A stretch of DNA of 39,555 bases from Spirogloea muscicola (taxonomy: Eukaryota). Under the pieces are notes generated by a model. That model saw only the letters and a list, made by a program, of their open reading frames with translations, ran no database searches and was not told the DNA's origin. Position 1 is the stretch's first letter; every line of letters begins with the position of its first letter. Below, piece after piece: positions 39,201 through 39,555 of this stretch. Position numbers and translations under genes: made by a program. Location of the stretch: assembly GCA_009602725.1 (NCBI GenBank), contig WELB01000016.1, positions 697,084 to 736,638 on the forward strand, read 5' to 3'.

Positions 39201-39555
39201 CACAGCGCGCCGTTGTGTACGTGGCAGGGCGGCAGCGAGGGCGGCGCCGGGCGGGGCTCACGGTCGGCGCCGCCGAGCGAGTCGACCGCGTCCTTGAAGC
39301 GCTGGTGCAGCTCCGGCGTCCACCGCAGGCGCTGCTTGGCGCTGCCCGGCCCGGGCGAGGGCCCGCCGCCGCTCTCCGATGGCGACTGGGGCTCCTCGGC
39401 ACCGGCGCCGCTGGCGGCCAGCAGCGTCCGCTGGTGCACGCCGCGCAGCGCGCCGCTGCCGCTCGCCCGGGCGCTGCTGTTGCTGTGCGCCGCGTCGGGG
39501 AAGCCATAGATTGGCGGCAGCCCTCCGCTCGGCTGCCCGACCTTCTTCGCCTGAT
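36290..39555 (-). CDS. MYB-CC (PHR1/PHL family, GARP SHLQKY) transcription factor; start just outside the window, 3' end uncertain
   Basis: The frame is open from the window edge (QAKKVG...). [51 protein letters not shown]|KYR and coiled coil VQRQLHEQLE|VQRMLQLQIEAQSKYLQ; at least 8 exons with compatible phases. Confidence 0.92.

Overview
Eukaryotic nuclear DNA, GC-rich with GT-AG introns; the gene content suggests a streptophyte green alga or early-diverging plant (inference). Four single N bases (173, 4443, 12809, 18354) probably mark assembly joins. The right part holds four intron-containing genes: a tail-anchored coiled-coil PMD-like protein (+), a 16-exon DDM1/LSH chromatin remodeller (-) with an E2F site upstream, a plastid SIG2-like sigma-70 factor (-) that appears to start at CUG, and a MYB-CC/PHL transcription factor (-) whose start lies just outside the window. 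The left ~18 kb and the intergenic gaps are a nested repeat mosaic with four components. (i) Several decayed, intron-retaining copies of a TPX2-domain host gene, two of them folded into large palindromes, one centred on a short inverted repeat already present in the parent sequence. (ii) A decayed Ty1/copia element with tandem LTR-PBS stubs. (iii) Many fragments of CRE-like (RT + CCHC + restriction-like endonuclease) non-LTR retrotransposons that share a C-terminal SDLxLL(S/T)RGY* motif and a conserved 3' GGCTG/CAGCC stem-loop. (iv) A mitochondrial insertion (trnP + cob exon starting exactly at the cobi420 group I intron junction) fused to a CRE 3' end. All coordinates and identities were estimated by eye; repeat boundaries are approximate.
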